64,000 nt of DNA from Chrysomallon squamiferum (taxonomy: Eukaryota; Animalia; Mollusca), in the NCBI GenBank assembly GCA_012295275.1, contig CM022668.1, positions 8,866,001-8,930,000 on the forward strand, given 5' to 3'. Positions 35,118 through 48,988 of this stretch are shown here, piece after piece; positions within the stretch are counted from its first letter, which is position 1, and each line of letters starts with the position of its first letter. The translations under genes and the position numbers were made by a program. The notes under the pieces are model-generated. The model saw only the letters and a program-made list of their open reading frames with translations, was not told the DNA's origin and ran no database searches.

Positions 35118-38100
35118 AATCAGTCGATTTCGATATCGGAGGAAAATCTAAGGTAGATGGAGGTGAAGGACAATACTTAACTTTACCATATGTGAATTTA
35201 TATTGAAATCTGACATACCTGAGATAATTTGCACACGCCGGACCGACGTGTTGTAAAATGGAAATCGTCCCAAATCCAACATGGCGGATGAAAACTCGAG
35301 TGAAACTGAAGTGATTTCTACCCTCGATTTCACAGTGTCACTGAGTTTCTTGAACTTGTTCAAAGCGTTGTCAACAAGTTTCTGAATTTGTGATGTGATA
35401 TAACCCAAAACTACATTTCTCTCATGACCAGTAATAGCACTGGGGGGATATACGACTGAAGTTCTCTAACGGTCTTCACGCGACTTCTTTCGCAGGGAAA
35501 GACAAATATTAATAATACATGACCGTTTAAGAAGTTCTCTAAAGAAACTGGAATTCCATTTGAAAAGTTCTCTTCCAGGTGTTGCTTGGCAATACCAGTC
35601 CTTGGATTGGGGGATTTTCTTTTCCGCTTCAAGATAGGCATCCTGAAAAGAATGCCAACATAATAATAATAATTACTAAATTTTACAATTAGCTCATACC
35701 GATTGGCTGAAAACACTCGCAAAATCCACAATCATCCACTATTTACAATCCATCGGGTAATAAAAGTGTGACATAGAGTACCGTCGTATATTTATGCAGC
35801 ATCACAATGTGTTCTATCACTCATTTATCAAACATGAAATCGAGGGTAGAAATCACTTCAGTTTCACTCGTATTTTCATCCGCCATGTTGGATTTGAGAC
35901 CATTTCCATTTTACAACTCGTCGGTCCGACGTGTACAAATTCTCTCAAGTATGTCAGATTTCAATATAAATTCACATATGGTAAAGTTAAGTATTGTTCT
36001 TCGCCTCCATCTACCTTAGATTTTCCTCCGATATCGAAATCGACTGATTCGTTTAGGAGGACAGTTCGAAATTTTTTCTCGTATTGAACACGTTAAAATC
36101 AGTCGATTTCGATATCGGAGGAAAATCTAAGGTAGATGGAGGTGAAGGACAATACTTAACTTTACCATATGTGAATTTATATTGAAATCTGACATACCTG
36201 AGATAATTTGCACACGCCGGACCGACGTGTTGTAAAATGGAAATCGTCCCAAATCCAACATGGCGGATGAAAATTCGAGTGAAACTGAAGTGATTTCTAC
36301 CCTCGATTTCACAGTGTCACTGAGTTTCTTGAACTTGTTCAAAGCGTTGTCAACAAGTTTCTGAATTTGTGATGTGATATAACCCAAAACTACATTTCTC
36401 TGATGACCAGTAATAGCACTGGGGGGATATACGACTGAAGTTCTCTAACGGTCTTCACGCGACTTCTTTCGCAGGGAAAGACAAATATTAATAATACATG
36501 ACCGTTTAAGAAGTTCTCTAAAGAAACTGGAATTCCATTTGAAAAGTTCTCTTCCAGGTGTTGCTTGGCAATACCAGTCCTTGGATTGGCGGATTTTCTT
36601 TTCCGCTTCAAGATAGGCATCCTGAAAAGAATGCCAACATAATAATAATAATTACTAAATTTTACAATTAGCTCATACCGATTGGCTGAAAACACTCGCA
36701 AAATCCACAATCATCCACTATTTACAATCCATCGGGTAATAAAAGTGTGACATAGAGTACCGTCGTATATTTATGCAGCATCACAATGTGTTCTATCACT
36801 CATTTATCAAACATGAAATCGAGGGTAGAAATCACTTCAGTTTCACTCGTATTTTCATCCGCCATGTTGGATTTGAGACCATTTCCATTTTACAACTCGT
36901 CGGTCCGGCGTGTACAAATTCTCTCAGGTATGTCAGATTTCAATATAAATTCACATATGGTAAAGTTAAGTATTGTTCTTCGCCTCCATCTACCTTAGAT
37001 TTTCCTCCGATATCGAAATCGACTGATTCGTTTAGGAGGACAGTTCGAAATTTTTTCTCGTATTGAACACGTTAAAATCAGTCGATTTCGATATCGGAGG
37101 AAAATCTAAGGTAGATGGAGGTGAAGGACAATACTTAACTTTACCATATGTGAATTTATATTGAAATCTGACATACCTGAGATAATTTGCACACGCCGGA
37201 CCGACGTGTTGTAAAATGGAAATCGTCCTAAATCCAACATGGCGGTTGAAAATTCGAGTGAAACTGAAGTGATTTCTACCCTCGATTTCACAGTGTCACT
37301 GAGTTTCTTGAACTTGTTCAAAGCGTTGTCAACAAGTTTCTGAATTTGTGATGTGATATAACCCAAAACTACATTTCTCTGATGACCAGTAATAGCACTG
37401 GGGGGATATACGACTGAAGTTCTCTAACGGTCTTCACGCGACTTCTTTCGCAGGGAAAGACAAATATTAATAATACATGACCGTTTAAGAAGTTCTCTAA
37501 AGAAACTGGAATTCCATTTGAAAAGTTCTCTTCCAGGTGTTGCTTGGCAATACCAGTCCTTGGATTGGCGGATTTTCTTTTCCGCTTCAAGATAGGCATC
37601 CTGAAAAGAATGCCAACATAATAATAATAATTACTAAATTTTACAATTAGCTCATACCGATTGGCTGAAAACACTCGCAAAATCCACAATCATCCACTAT
37701 TTACAATCCATCGGGTAATAAAAGTGTGACATAGAGTACCGTCGTATATTTATGCAGCATCACAATGTGTTCTATCACTCATTTATCAAACATGAAATCG
37801 AGGGTAGAAATCACTTCAGTTTCACTCGTATTTTCATCCGCCATGTTGGATTTGAGACCATTTCCATTTTACAACTCGTCGGTCCGGCGTGTACAAATTC
37901 TCTCAGGTATGTCAGATTTCAATATAAATTCACATATGGTAAAGTTAAGTATTGTTCTTCGCCTCCATCTACCTTAGATTTTCCTCCGATATCGAAATCG
38001 ACTGATTCGTTTAGGAGGACAGTTCGAAATTTTTTCTCGTATTGAACACGTTAAAATCAGTCGATTTCGATATCGGAGGAAAATCTAAGGTAGATGGAGG

Positions 38101-41100
38101 TGAAGGACAATACTTAACTTTACCATATGTGAATTTATATTGAAATCTGACATACCTGAGATAATTTGCACACGCCGGACCGACGTGTTGTAAAATGGAA
38201 ATCGTCCCAAATCCAACATGGCGGTTGAAAATTCGAGTGAAACTGAAGTGATTTCTACCCTCGATTTCACAGTGTCACTGAGTTTCTTGAACTTGTTCAA
38301 AGCGTTGTCAACAAGTTTCTGAATTTGTGATGTGATATAACCCAAAACTACATTTCTCTGATGACCAGTAATAGCACTGGGGGGATATACGACTGAAGTT
38401 CTCTAACGGTCTTCACGCGACTTCTTTCGCAGGGAAAGACAAATATTAATAATACATGACCGTTTAAGAAGTTCTCTAAAGAAACTGGAATTCCATTTGA
38501 AAAGTTCTCTTCCAGGTGTTGCTTGGCAATACCAGTCCTTGGATTGGCGGATTTTCTTTTCCGCTTCAAGATAGGCATCCTGAAAAGAATGCCAACATAA
38601 TAATAATAATTACTAAATTTTACAATTAGCTCATACCGATTGGCTGAAAACACTCGCAAAATCCACAATCATCCACTATTTACAATCCATCGGGTAATAA
38701 AAGTGTGACATAGAGTACCGTCGTATATTTATGCAGCATCACAATGTGTTCTATCACTCATTTATCAAACATGAAATCGAGGGTAGAAATCACTTCAGTT
38801 TCACTCGTATTTTCATCCGCCATGTTGGATTTGAGACCATTTCCATTTTACAACTCGTCGGTCCGGCGTGTACAAATTCTCTCAGGTATGTCAGATTTCA
38901 ATATAAATTCACATATGGTAAAGTTAAGTATTGTTCTTCGCCTCCATCTACCTTAGATTTTCCTCCGATATCGAAATCGACTGATTCGTTTAGGAGGACA
39001 GTTCGAAATTTTTTCTCGTATTGAACACGTTAAAATCAGTCGATTTCGATATCGGAGGAAAATCTAAGGTAGATGGAGGTGAAGGACAATACTTAACTTT
39101 ACCATATGTGAATTTATATTGAAATCTGACATACCTGAGATAATTTGCACACGCCGGACCGACGTGTTGTAAAATGGAAATCGTCCCAAATCCAACATGG
39201 CGGATGAAAATTCGAGTGAAACTGAAGTGATTTCTACCCTCGATTTCACAGTGTCACTGAGTTTCTTGAACTTGTTCAAAGCGTTGTCAACAAGTTTCTG
39301 AATTTGTGATGTGATATAACCCAAAACTACATTTCTCTGATGACCAGTAATAGCACTGGGGGGATATACGACTGAAGTTCTCTAACGGTCTTCACGCGAC
39401 TTCTTTCGCAGGGAAAGACAAATATTAATAATACATGACCGTTTAAGAAGTTCTCTAAAGAAACTGGAATTCCATTTGAAAAGTTCTCTTCCAGGTGTTG
39501 CTTGGCAATACCAGTCCTTGGATTGGCGGATTTTCTTTTCCGCTTCAAGATAGGCATCCTGAAAAGAATGCCAACATAATAATAATAATTACTAAATTTT
39601 ACAATTAGCTCATACCGATTGGCTGAAAACACTCGCAAAATCCACAATCATCCACTATTTACAATCCATCGGGTAATAAAAGTGTGACATAGAGTACCGT
39701 CGTATATTTATGCAGCATCACAATGTGTTCTATCACTCATTTATCAAACATGAAATCGAGGGTAGAAATCACTTCAGTTTCACTCGTATTTTCATCCGCC
39801 ATGTTGGATTTGAGACCATTTCCATTTTACAACTCGTCGGTCCGGCGTGTACAAATTCTCTCAGGTATGTCAGATTTCAATATAAATTCACATATGGTAA
39901 AGTTAAGTATTGTTCTTCGCCTCCATCTACCTTAGATTTTCCTCCGATATCGAAATCGACTGATTCGTTTAGGAGGACAGTTCGAAATTTTTTCTCGTAT
40001 TGAACACGTTAAAATCAGTCGATTTCGATATCGGAGGAAAATCTAAGGTAGATGGAGGTGAAGGACAATACTTAACTTTACCATATGTGAATTTATATTG
40101 AAATCTGACATACCTGAGATAATTTGCACACGCCGGACCGACGTGTTGTAAAATGGAAATCGTCCTAAATCCAACATGGCGGTTGAAAATTCGAGTGAAA
40201 CTGAAGTGATTTCTACCCTCGATTTCACAGTGTCACTGAGTTTCTTGAACTTGTTCAAAGCGTTGTCAACAAGTTTCTGAATTTGTGATGTGATATAACC
40301 CAAAACTACATTTCTCTGATGACCAGTAATAGCACTGGGGGGATATACGACTGAAGTTCTCTAACGGTCTTCACGCGACTTCTTTCGCAGGGAAAGACAA
40401 ATATTAATAATACATGACCGTTTAAGAAGTTCTCTAAAGAAACTGGAATTCCATTTGAAAAGTTCTCTTCCAGGTGTTGCTTGGCAATACCAGTCCTTGG
40501 ATTGGCGGATTTTCTTTTCCGCTTCAAGATAGGCATCCTGAAAAGAATGCCAACATAATAATAATAATTACTAAATTTTACAATTAGCTCATACCGATTG
40601 GCTGAAAACACTCGCAAAATCCACAATCATCCACTATTTACAATCCATCGGGTAATAAAAGTGTGACATAGAGTACCGTCGTATATTTATGCAGCATCAC
40701 AATGTGTTCTATCACTCATTTATCAAACATGAAATCGAGGGTAGAAATCACTTCAGTTTCACTCGTATTTTCATCCGCCATGTTGGATTTGAGACCATTT
40801 CCATTTTACAACTCGTCGGTCCGGCGTGTACAAATTCTCTCAGGTATGTCAGATTTCAATATAAATTCACATATGGTAAAGTTAAGTATTGTTCTTCGCC
40901 TCCATCTACCTTAGATTTTCCTCCGATATCGAAATCGACTGATTCGTTTAGGAGGACAGTTCGAAATTTTTTCTCGTATTGAACACGTTAAAATCAGTCG
41001 ATTTCGATATCGGAGGAAAATCTAAGGTAGATGGAGGTGAAGGACAATACTTAACTTTACCATATGTGAATTTATATTGAAATCTGACATACCTGAGATA

Positions 41101-42836
41101 ATTTGCACACGCCGGACCGACGTGTTGTAAAATGGAAATCGTCCTAAATCCAACATGGCGGTTGAAAATTCGAGTGAAACTGAAGTGATTTCTACCCTCG
41201 ATTTCACAGTGTCACTGAGTTTCTTGAACTTGTTCAAAGCGTTGTCAACAAGTTTCTGAATTTGTGATGTGATATAACCCAAAACTACATTTCTCTGATG
41301 ACCAGTAATAGCACTGGGGGGATATACGACTGAAGTTCTCTAACGGTCTTCACGCGACTTCTTTCGCAGGGAAAGACAAATATTAATAATACATGACCGT
41401 TTAAGAAGTTCTCTAAAGAAACTGGAATTCCATTTGAAAAGTTCTCTTCCAGGTGTTGCTTGGCAATACCAGTCCTTGGATTGGCGGATTTTCTTTTCCG
41501 CTTCAAGATAGGCATCCTGAAAAGAATGCCAACATAATAATAATAATTACTAAATTTTACAATTAGCTCATACCGATTGGCTGAAAACACTCGCAAAATC
41601 CACAATCATCCACTATTTACAATCCATCGGGTAATAAAAGTGTGACATAGAGTACCGTCGTATATTTATGCAGCATCACAATGTGTTCTATCACTCATTT
41701 ATCAAACATGAAATCGAGGGTAGAAATCACTTCAGTTTCACTCGTATTTTCATCCGCCATGTTGGATTTGAGACCATTTCCATTTTACAACTCGTCGGTC
41801 CGGCGTGTACAAATTCTCTCAGGTATGTCAGATTTCAATATAAATTCACATATGGTAAAGTTAAGTATTGTTCTTCGCCTCCATCTACCTTAGATTTTCC
41901 TCCGATATCGAAATCGACTGATTCGTTTAGGAGGACAGTTCGAAATTTTTTCTCGTATTGAACACGTTAAAATCAGTCGATTTCGATATCGGAGGAAAAT
42001 CTAAGGTAGATGGAGGTGAAGGACAATACTTAACTTTACCATATGTGAATTTATATTGAAATCTGACATACCTGAGATAATTTGCACACGCCGGACCGAC
42101 GTGTTGTAAAATGGAAATCGTCCCAAATCCAACATGGCGGTTGAAAATTCGAGTGAAACTGAAGTGATTTCTACCCTCGATTTCACAGTGTCACTGAGTT
42201 TCTTGAACTTGTTCAAAGCGTTGTCAACAAGTTTCTGAATTTGTGATGTGATATAACCCAAAACTACATTTCTCTGATGACCAGTAATAGCACTGGGGGG
42301 ATATACGACTGAAGTTCTCTAACGGTCTTCACGCGACTTCTTTCGCAGGGAAAGACAAATATTAATAATACATGACCGTTTAAGAAGTTCTCTAAAGAAA
42401 CTGGAATTCCATTTGAAAAGTTCTCTTCCAGGTGTTGCTTGGCAATACCAGTCCTTGGATTGGCGGATTTTCTTTTCCGCTTCAAGATAGGCATCCTGAA
42501 AAGAATGCCAACATAATAATAATAATTACTAAATTTTACAATTAGCTCATACCGATTGGCTGAAAACACTCGCAAAATCCACAATCATCCACTATTTACA
42601 ATCCATCGGGTAATAAAAGTGTGACATAGAGTACCGTCGTATATTTATGCAGCATCACAATGTGTTCTATCACTCATTTATCAAACATGAAATCGAGGGT
42701 AGAAATCACTTCAGTTTCACTCGTATTTTCATCCGCCATGTTGGATTTGAGACCATTTCCATTTTACAACTCGTCGGTCCGGCGTGTACAAATTCTCTCA
42801 GGTATGTCAGATTTCAATATAAATTCACATATGGTA
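35078..42836. repeat. Tandem array of ~7.9 copies of a 979-bp unit, each containing a 215-bp inverted repeat
   Basis: Identical text recurs with exact period 979 (units start 35078, 36057, 37036, 38015, 38994, 39973, 40952, 41931), and the ORF track repeats at the same period. In unit 1 the left arm 35118-35332 is the reverse complement of the right arm 35835-36049. The last unit is truncated at 42836. Confidence 0.98.
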
Positions 42837-43501
42837 TATATATATATATATATAATTTTAAATTCTTTTAGTGTTAGCTACTCTTAGTTTCGATAAATAA
42901 AAACTAATGACGTTTCAAGTAAAAGAAAAAAGGAAAATAGAACTCTTTGTTAACCGAGACTTCCGTTCATGTCTATTAATCAGCCTTTAATCACGTGAAC
43001 CTAAACACGTACACAACAGAACATTAAAGACACAAAAAAACCTGTGAGAAATTCTTAATTAGCTGTCACATCGTACACGAACAAAACAGGATCTCGGCGT
43101 TGTTATAGTTAAAATAAAAGTTTAAGATTTTAAGATCACACAGTCGTGTTTTTTTTTTTTTTTTTTTTCTCGATCTTTCATGACTGTGCAGAAAAATGCC
43201 CATGCATTTTTAACAATAATGTCAGACATGTTTATTAATTAACAAGAAAAGCAGACTGTTAAAATAGTTTGGAAATATGCAGATACATTTATGCATTTTT
43301 GAGGTATAACCCAAAGACGTAGTACACCTTAATAATTACTTCTTGAAACAGTTTCAAATCGTTTACAAATGTAACCAATGCAAATAAATCATACAAAGGT
43401 ACTGTAATCTTTAAAGAAATAAACAAAATAACAATAATAAAAAATAATAATAAAACAAATAAATACACATTATTATTATTAATTGTAGTAATAGTTGTAA
43501 A

Positions 43502-43534
<33 letters not shown>

Positions 43535-43587
43535 TAATATTATTAATATTATTATTACTATTTTTAATATCATCGTCATTGTTATTA

Positions 43588-43650
<63 letters not shown>

Positions 43651-44687
43651 AGAAAGAAACAAAGAAAGACAAGTGAAAAGAAACAAAAAAGAAGAAGAAA
43701 AAGTCCTGAAGAGCAACATAAATCAATGACTAACCACAATAATTAATAGGTGTTTTAAAATCCTTTAAAACGTCTATAAATCTAGGTTAAGGTGTATTAA
43801 ATGACTTGATGGCAGACAGGTAAATGTTCAGGTGGATTTAAAAGTCAGCCAGTAATTAGTAGAGGCATGTTCTGAATATCTTCACTTAAGTGTAGAAAGA
43901 GAGAGAAAATTAAATTGCTGTCGTACGAAGTAATAATATAAATGCATTATGCTGCACTCAAGATTGTTTAGTTATTTTTATATTTAATTATTATTTATTT
44001 ATTTATTTTATTTGTTTATTTATTAAATTTTTTGTTGATTTTGTTAGTTTTATTAAATTTTAGTATCTTTTTTTCTTGCTGTTTGTTTATTATTTATTTA
44101 TTTTATTGTATTGTATTGTATTGTATTGTATTTTTATAGATATATATATATTTGTTTGTTTGTGTGTTTACTATTACAATATTGACGGTTATGGATGTTG
44201 CTAGTATAACTTCTAGTGCTATTGCTATTGCTACTACTACTACTACCACTACTACTAGTACCACTACGACTACTACCACTAACTACTACTGCAACTATTA
44301 CTACTACTACTACTACTACGACTGCTACTCTTAATACATGCAAAATATGCGAAAAATCAACAACAACATATTTTTTAAAAAGCGCAGGTGACAGAACTGT
44401 AACATTTACTTTATTATACACGCCTCCAGGTAACTAATTAATCACCAGTGGCGACACAGACTTACCTGGATTTTGTGCTAACGATGATGTTACAGCATGG
44501 CTGAGTGACCTCGACTGCTAGTGGAAGACAATGGGGAAATGAAAGAATGGGTTTTTTTTTATTATTATTTACCACGCTTCTTCTTTGTTTTAATACTCAC
44601 TTTTATTAAATATCAAATATAACATGTTTTAATAATAGTTTCCATCCAGTCTAATTTGCACAACATACTGGTTATTAATATTAAATA

Positions 44688-45098
44688 CAGTGGAACCTCG
44701 TGTTTACGAACTTAATTCGTTCCAGAGCTCGATTGGTAAATCGAATTGTTCGTAAACCGAATTGTACGTAAACCGAAGCGTTGAAATAAGGTAAATGTAA
44801 ACAATCCGATCCAGCCCCCAGAATTGTTTTATTTTCATTCTTTTCAAGGGTTTTTTTTCACACGAAATAAACACAGAATGTTGTTAAAATAACCAAATAA
44901 ATAGAAAACAAACATCTATTCTTATCTTTACTAGATGTTGACGTCAAAACCGACGTCAAATGAAAGTTTGTTGTGGCGCGTCGCTGGAGTTCGTAACTCG
45001 GGACATTATTCGTAAACCGAGACAAAACTTGCCCGAGATCACAGTTCGTAATTCGACTTGTTCGTGCTTTGAGGCGTTCGTAACCCGAGGTTCCACTG
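44688..45098. mobile_element. Non-autonomous Tigger/pogo-type MITE, 411 bp
   Basis: TIRs CAGTGGAACCTCG..TTACGAAC / GTTCGTAACCCGAGGTTCCACTG, with TA duplication on both sides (44686-87, 45099-100) and subterminal CGTAAACCGA repeats. Confidence 0.9.
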
Positions 45099-45399
45099 TA
45101 TAAAAGACCCGCTATTTTGTTATTACTTATAATAAGAGAGAGAGAGGTGATCTACAGCCTTAATTTAACTTTACCGTTTAGCGAGAATGGAAATTTCTGT
45201 ATGATATTAATTTTCACGACATTACATACCATAAAACTCAGTTATGGAAAAAACAAACAACCAGTTTGGACGTATTTACGTAAGTACGCTGTAGAGTTTT
45301 AATCATGCAACCCATTTTTCTGCTTTATAAATTTCACTTTGTTTTGTTTTATTTGCTGAGTTCATTTCTGCAGCAGTGTCTACTACTGTTACTATTATT

Positions 45400-46130
45400 A
45401 GATATTCAGCTACTAGTACTACTTCTGCTACCGTTATTACTTCTATTTCTAATTCAGTTAATAGTATTTCTACTATTGTTATTTATTGCAATTACTACTA
45501 CTACTACACTTGTCACTGCCATTGTCACCGCAATTACCACTGCTATTGCTACTACTACTACTACTACTAGTAGTAGTCCTATTACTACTACAACTACACA
45601 TAGTGCTGCTGTACACAGTTGTACGACTACATTATTACTACCATTACTACTACAACAACTACTACAACAAGTACTGCTACTACTTCTACTACTACGACTA
45701 ATACTACGACTACGACTACATTATTACTAATACTGCTTCTATTTCTCCTGCGAATGCAACCATAACTACTACCATTACTACAACAACAACTACTACAACA
45801 AGTACTCCAACTACTTCTACTACTACTACTACTACGACTACATTATTACTAATACTGCTTCTATTTCTCCTCCCAATGTAATCATAATTACTACCATTAC
45901 AACTATAACAACTACTACGACTACTACTGCTACTACTACTACTACGACGACTACATTATTACTAAAACTGCTTCTATTTCTCCTGCCAATGCAACCATAA
46001 TTACTACTACAACAACTACTACGACAGGTACTGCTATTACTACTTCTACGACTACGACACTACTACGCCTAACATTCCTACTACTACCACTATAATTACA
46101 ACTACAACACGTCTACAGCAGCAGCTACTG
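45400..46130. repeat. (ACT)n-rich minisatellite with ~120-bp higher-order unit
   Basis: CATTATTACTAA.ACTGCTTCTATTTCTCCT.C.AATG.AA.CATAA.TACTAC recurs at about 45720, 45841 and 45955 within CTA/ACT triplets. Confidence 0.75.
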
Positions 46131-47274
46131 TTACAGAACGTGAAGACGTCTAACAGCTATGGCGCGTAGTAGACATGACAGGTGTTTTGAGTCTGATACA
46201 GTCCTCCAGGTAACTAATTAATCACCCCTGGCAACAACGACTTAACTGGACTGCGCTAATGAAAGTTTTACCTTTCAGTTTGTTTTCGTCATCAGCCAAC
46301 AGACGACAGTAATAACTGTACTGAAAAATAATAATAACAACAACAACTACTACAACTACAACTACTACTACTACTACAATAATAGTAAAAAGAAGTAGAA
46401 GAAGAAGAAGAAAAGCAATAATCTGTCTGGCTGTTTTTGTTTGTCTGTTCATCTATCAATTATATCTCTCTCTTTGTCTGTAGGCATATTCATCTATCCG
46501 TCCATCTTTCTGTCAGTATATCTGTCTCTTTGTCTGTCATTCTGTTTAACCTTCCATTTTTCAATCTTTCTATCGCTATGTCTGTTTTTCTGTGTATCTG
46601 TTAATCTATATGTCTGTGTATCTGTTTGTCTACCTGTTTCTGTTAGTCTATTGTTTTTTGTTTATCTATTTATCTATCATATATTTATATGTCTGTATGT
46701 CTATCTAGCTATCTCTGTCTGTCTGTATGTTGGTCTGTCTATGCAGATAACTCTCTCAGTCTGTCTGTTTCTCTTTCTTTCTTTCAACTGTTGTTATCTC
46801 TCGCTCATTGCTTCAGTCAGTCCATGCTAAGAATTAACAAATTAGAGAAAGTAATTTCATTACATTTCACGTCTGTGACGATGGTGACCTCACGCTGTTG
46901 TTTTTCACGCGAATACGTTGTTGTTGTCGTGTCACTGACGTTAACTTTAGAGTATGTTAATTAAGACGCCTTCGCAGATGAAGACGTGATTATCATAATA
47001 TATAAGAGAATTCTTCACAGTTTACATAGTAATATCGTCATACATATATGTATGATGCTGTTCAGGTATGCTTGTACCTTTGTACACTGACGTGTGTTTC
47101 TCAGTGTATTTGTATTTGTGCGTGTGCAGGTTTTTAAGTGTCTCTGGAAAACGGTGAATTTGTATTTTAGGATGTCTGCAGTGTTTGACTATATGATGTC
47201 ATACTTTCAGGACTTAAGAAAGAGAGAGATAGAAATGCTGATAGACTGACAGACGGACGGATAGATAGAGAGAT

Positions 47275-47488
<214 letters not shown>

Positions 47489-48681
47489 TTATAACCGATT
47501 AACAATAAATACAAGTAATGAACTGAAATCAAACAGACGCAGATACTAAACAAAAATCTGGACAAATGGGCAAGATAACAACGACAACGACAACGACAAC
47601 GGCTGTGTAATTTATAGCCTTTTTCTTTATGTAATATTTTTATTTCCCGTTTGTCTCGTTCTCTGTTTTAGTTAGAAAGCCACTGCATAATGTATTACAG
47701 TGTTTTTAATTAATCATGAGACTAAATGACAGGTGCTTAAGATAATGAACATCTGTTTCCACCTGTATTTTTAATTTTTGCGATATATAAATAGCATCAG
47801 CTTTTTCAGATTTGATTCAATAACTGAAACATGCATTTATTTATTTATCTGTCTATCTGTCTGTCTATCTATCTGTCTATTTATCTATTTATTTTATATT
47901 ATTTATTTAACTGATTATTTATTTATTTATTATTTAATTATTATTTAATTTATTTATTAATTTATTTATAATTTATTTATTAACTTATTCATTTATAATT
48001 TATTTATTAACTTATTCATTTATAATTTATTTATTAAATTATTTTATTTATTATTTTATTTGTCTGATTATTTATGAATATGCATAATTATTATTTTATA
48101 AATATTTATGTTTTTTTAATTTAATTTAATTTTTTTTTATATACATGTCTTGATGTGCCTGCGTGTAAATACGTATATAAATATGTACATAAATTATTTT
48201 TTATTGTCACATACTTTAGTCATTAAAAGGACAGACTGTTAGGAAATTGCAGATATCCTATGAGTAAAATATTGGTGCCCATCCCTTTAACAGTAACGTT
48301 ACAACATCCAAGCAAAGCACATTATGTATTGCCAAAAACCCCGTCTGCTTATGTCACAGCATTGTTCTTACATGAGTCGTATTTCACGGTTATTAATAGG
48401 ACCCTGTGCTGGAAGGCCGGAGGCCACCACATATAACATCTCAATCAAACCTTTGTGTTTTTCGCGGACATCAACGGTATTTGATTTCACTTTAATTTAA
48501 ATTTTAAATTGATTTAAAAATAAAATAAAAAAAAGAATAAGATGAGAAAAGAAAACGGTTAATTCAATGTCCGCCATTTTGTTATTTTCTCTGAAGAACA
48601 AAGCTGTGGCTGAAATTTAGATGTCTCTTTTTGAAACGTTAGGGCACAAATAAAATATCTTTTTAAATCAGAGTGAGTCAC

Positions 48682-48766
<85 letters not shown>

Positions 48767-48899
48767 AAATAATTATAACTGTTGGTATTTTCGTTATAAG
48801 ACAACGGCCCATTAGGAATTACTGTGACAGCGCATCACCGCGAACTACAGAAAAGCCGACAGACATTAATCTTTTTATTTGTCTCCAGCTAAGCAGGAT

Positions 48900-48988
48900 T
48901 TTCCACTGGTTTTTCTTCGAGTGCGGCGGCTCGTCTCTCGCTTTCTGTCACGCACCTGCTCAGCGCTACAGTTGTCGTTCTTGGCGAG
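48900..48988 (+). other. Possible non-coding first exon/promoter of the mucin-like gene
   Basis: CpG-rich patch ending in a consensus donor GAG|GTGAGT (48988/48989). The ATG exon at 56309 has an acceptor and so needs an upstream exon. The linkage is inferred. Confidence 0.35.

Noticed and set aside
35078-42836. Array as CRISPR, rDNA/5S, histone or snRNA gene cluster
   Set aside because: No short repeat/unique spacer structure and no recognisable rRNA, snRNA, tRNA or histone sequence. The units are identical and contiguous with a transposase remnant.
35148-42887. Repeated 70-106 aa ORFs as a tandem protein-coding gene family
   Set aside because: They overlap on both strands because of the inverted arms, several use non-ATG starts, and the minus-strand ones look like frameshifted pieces of a transposase 5' region.
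45305-46130. Thr-rich ORFs as a mucin exon
   Set aside because: Derived from ACT-triplet minisatellite with stops in all frames and no credible splice pair, unlike the genuine codon-diverse PTS exon at 58090-58511.
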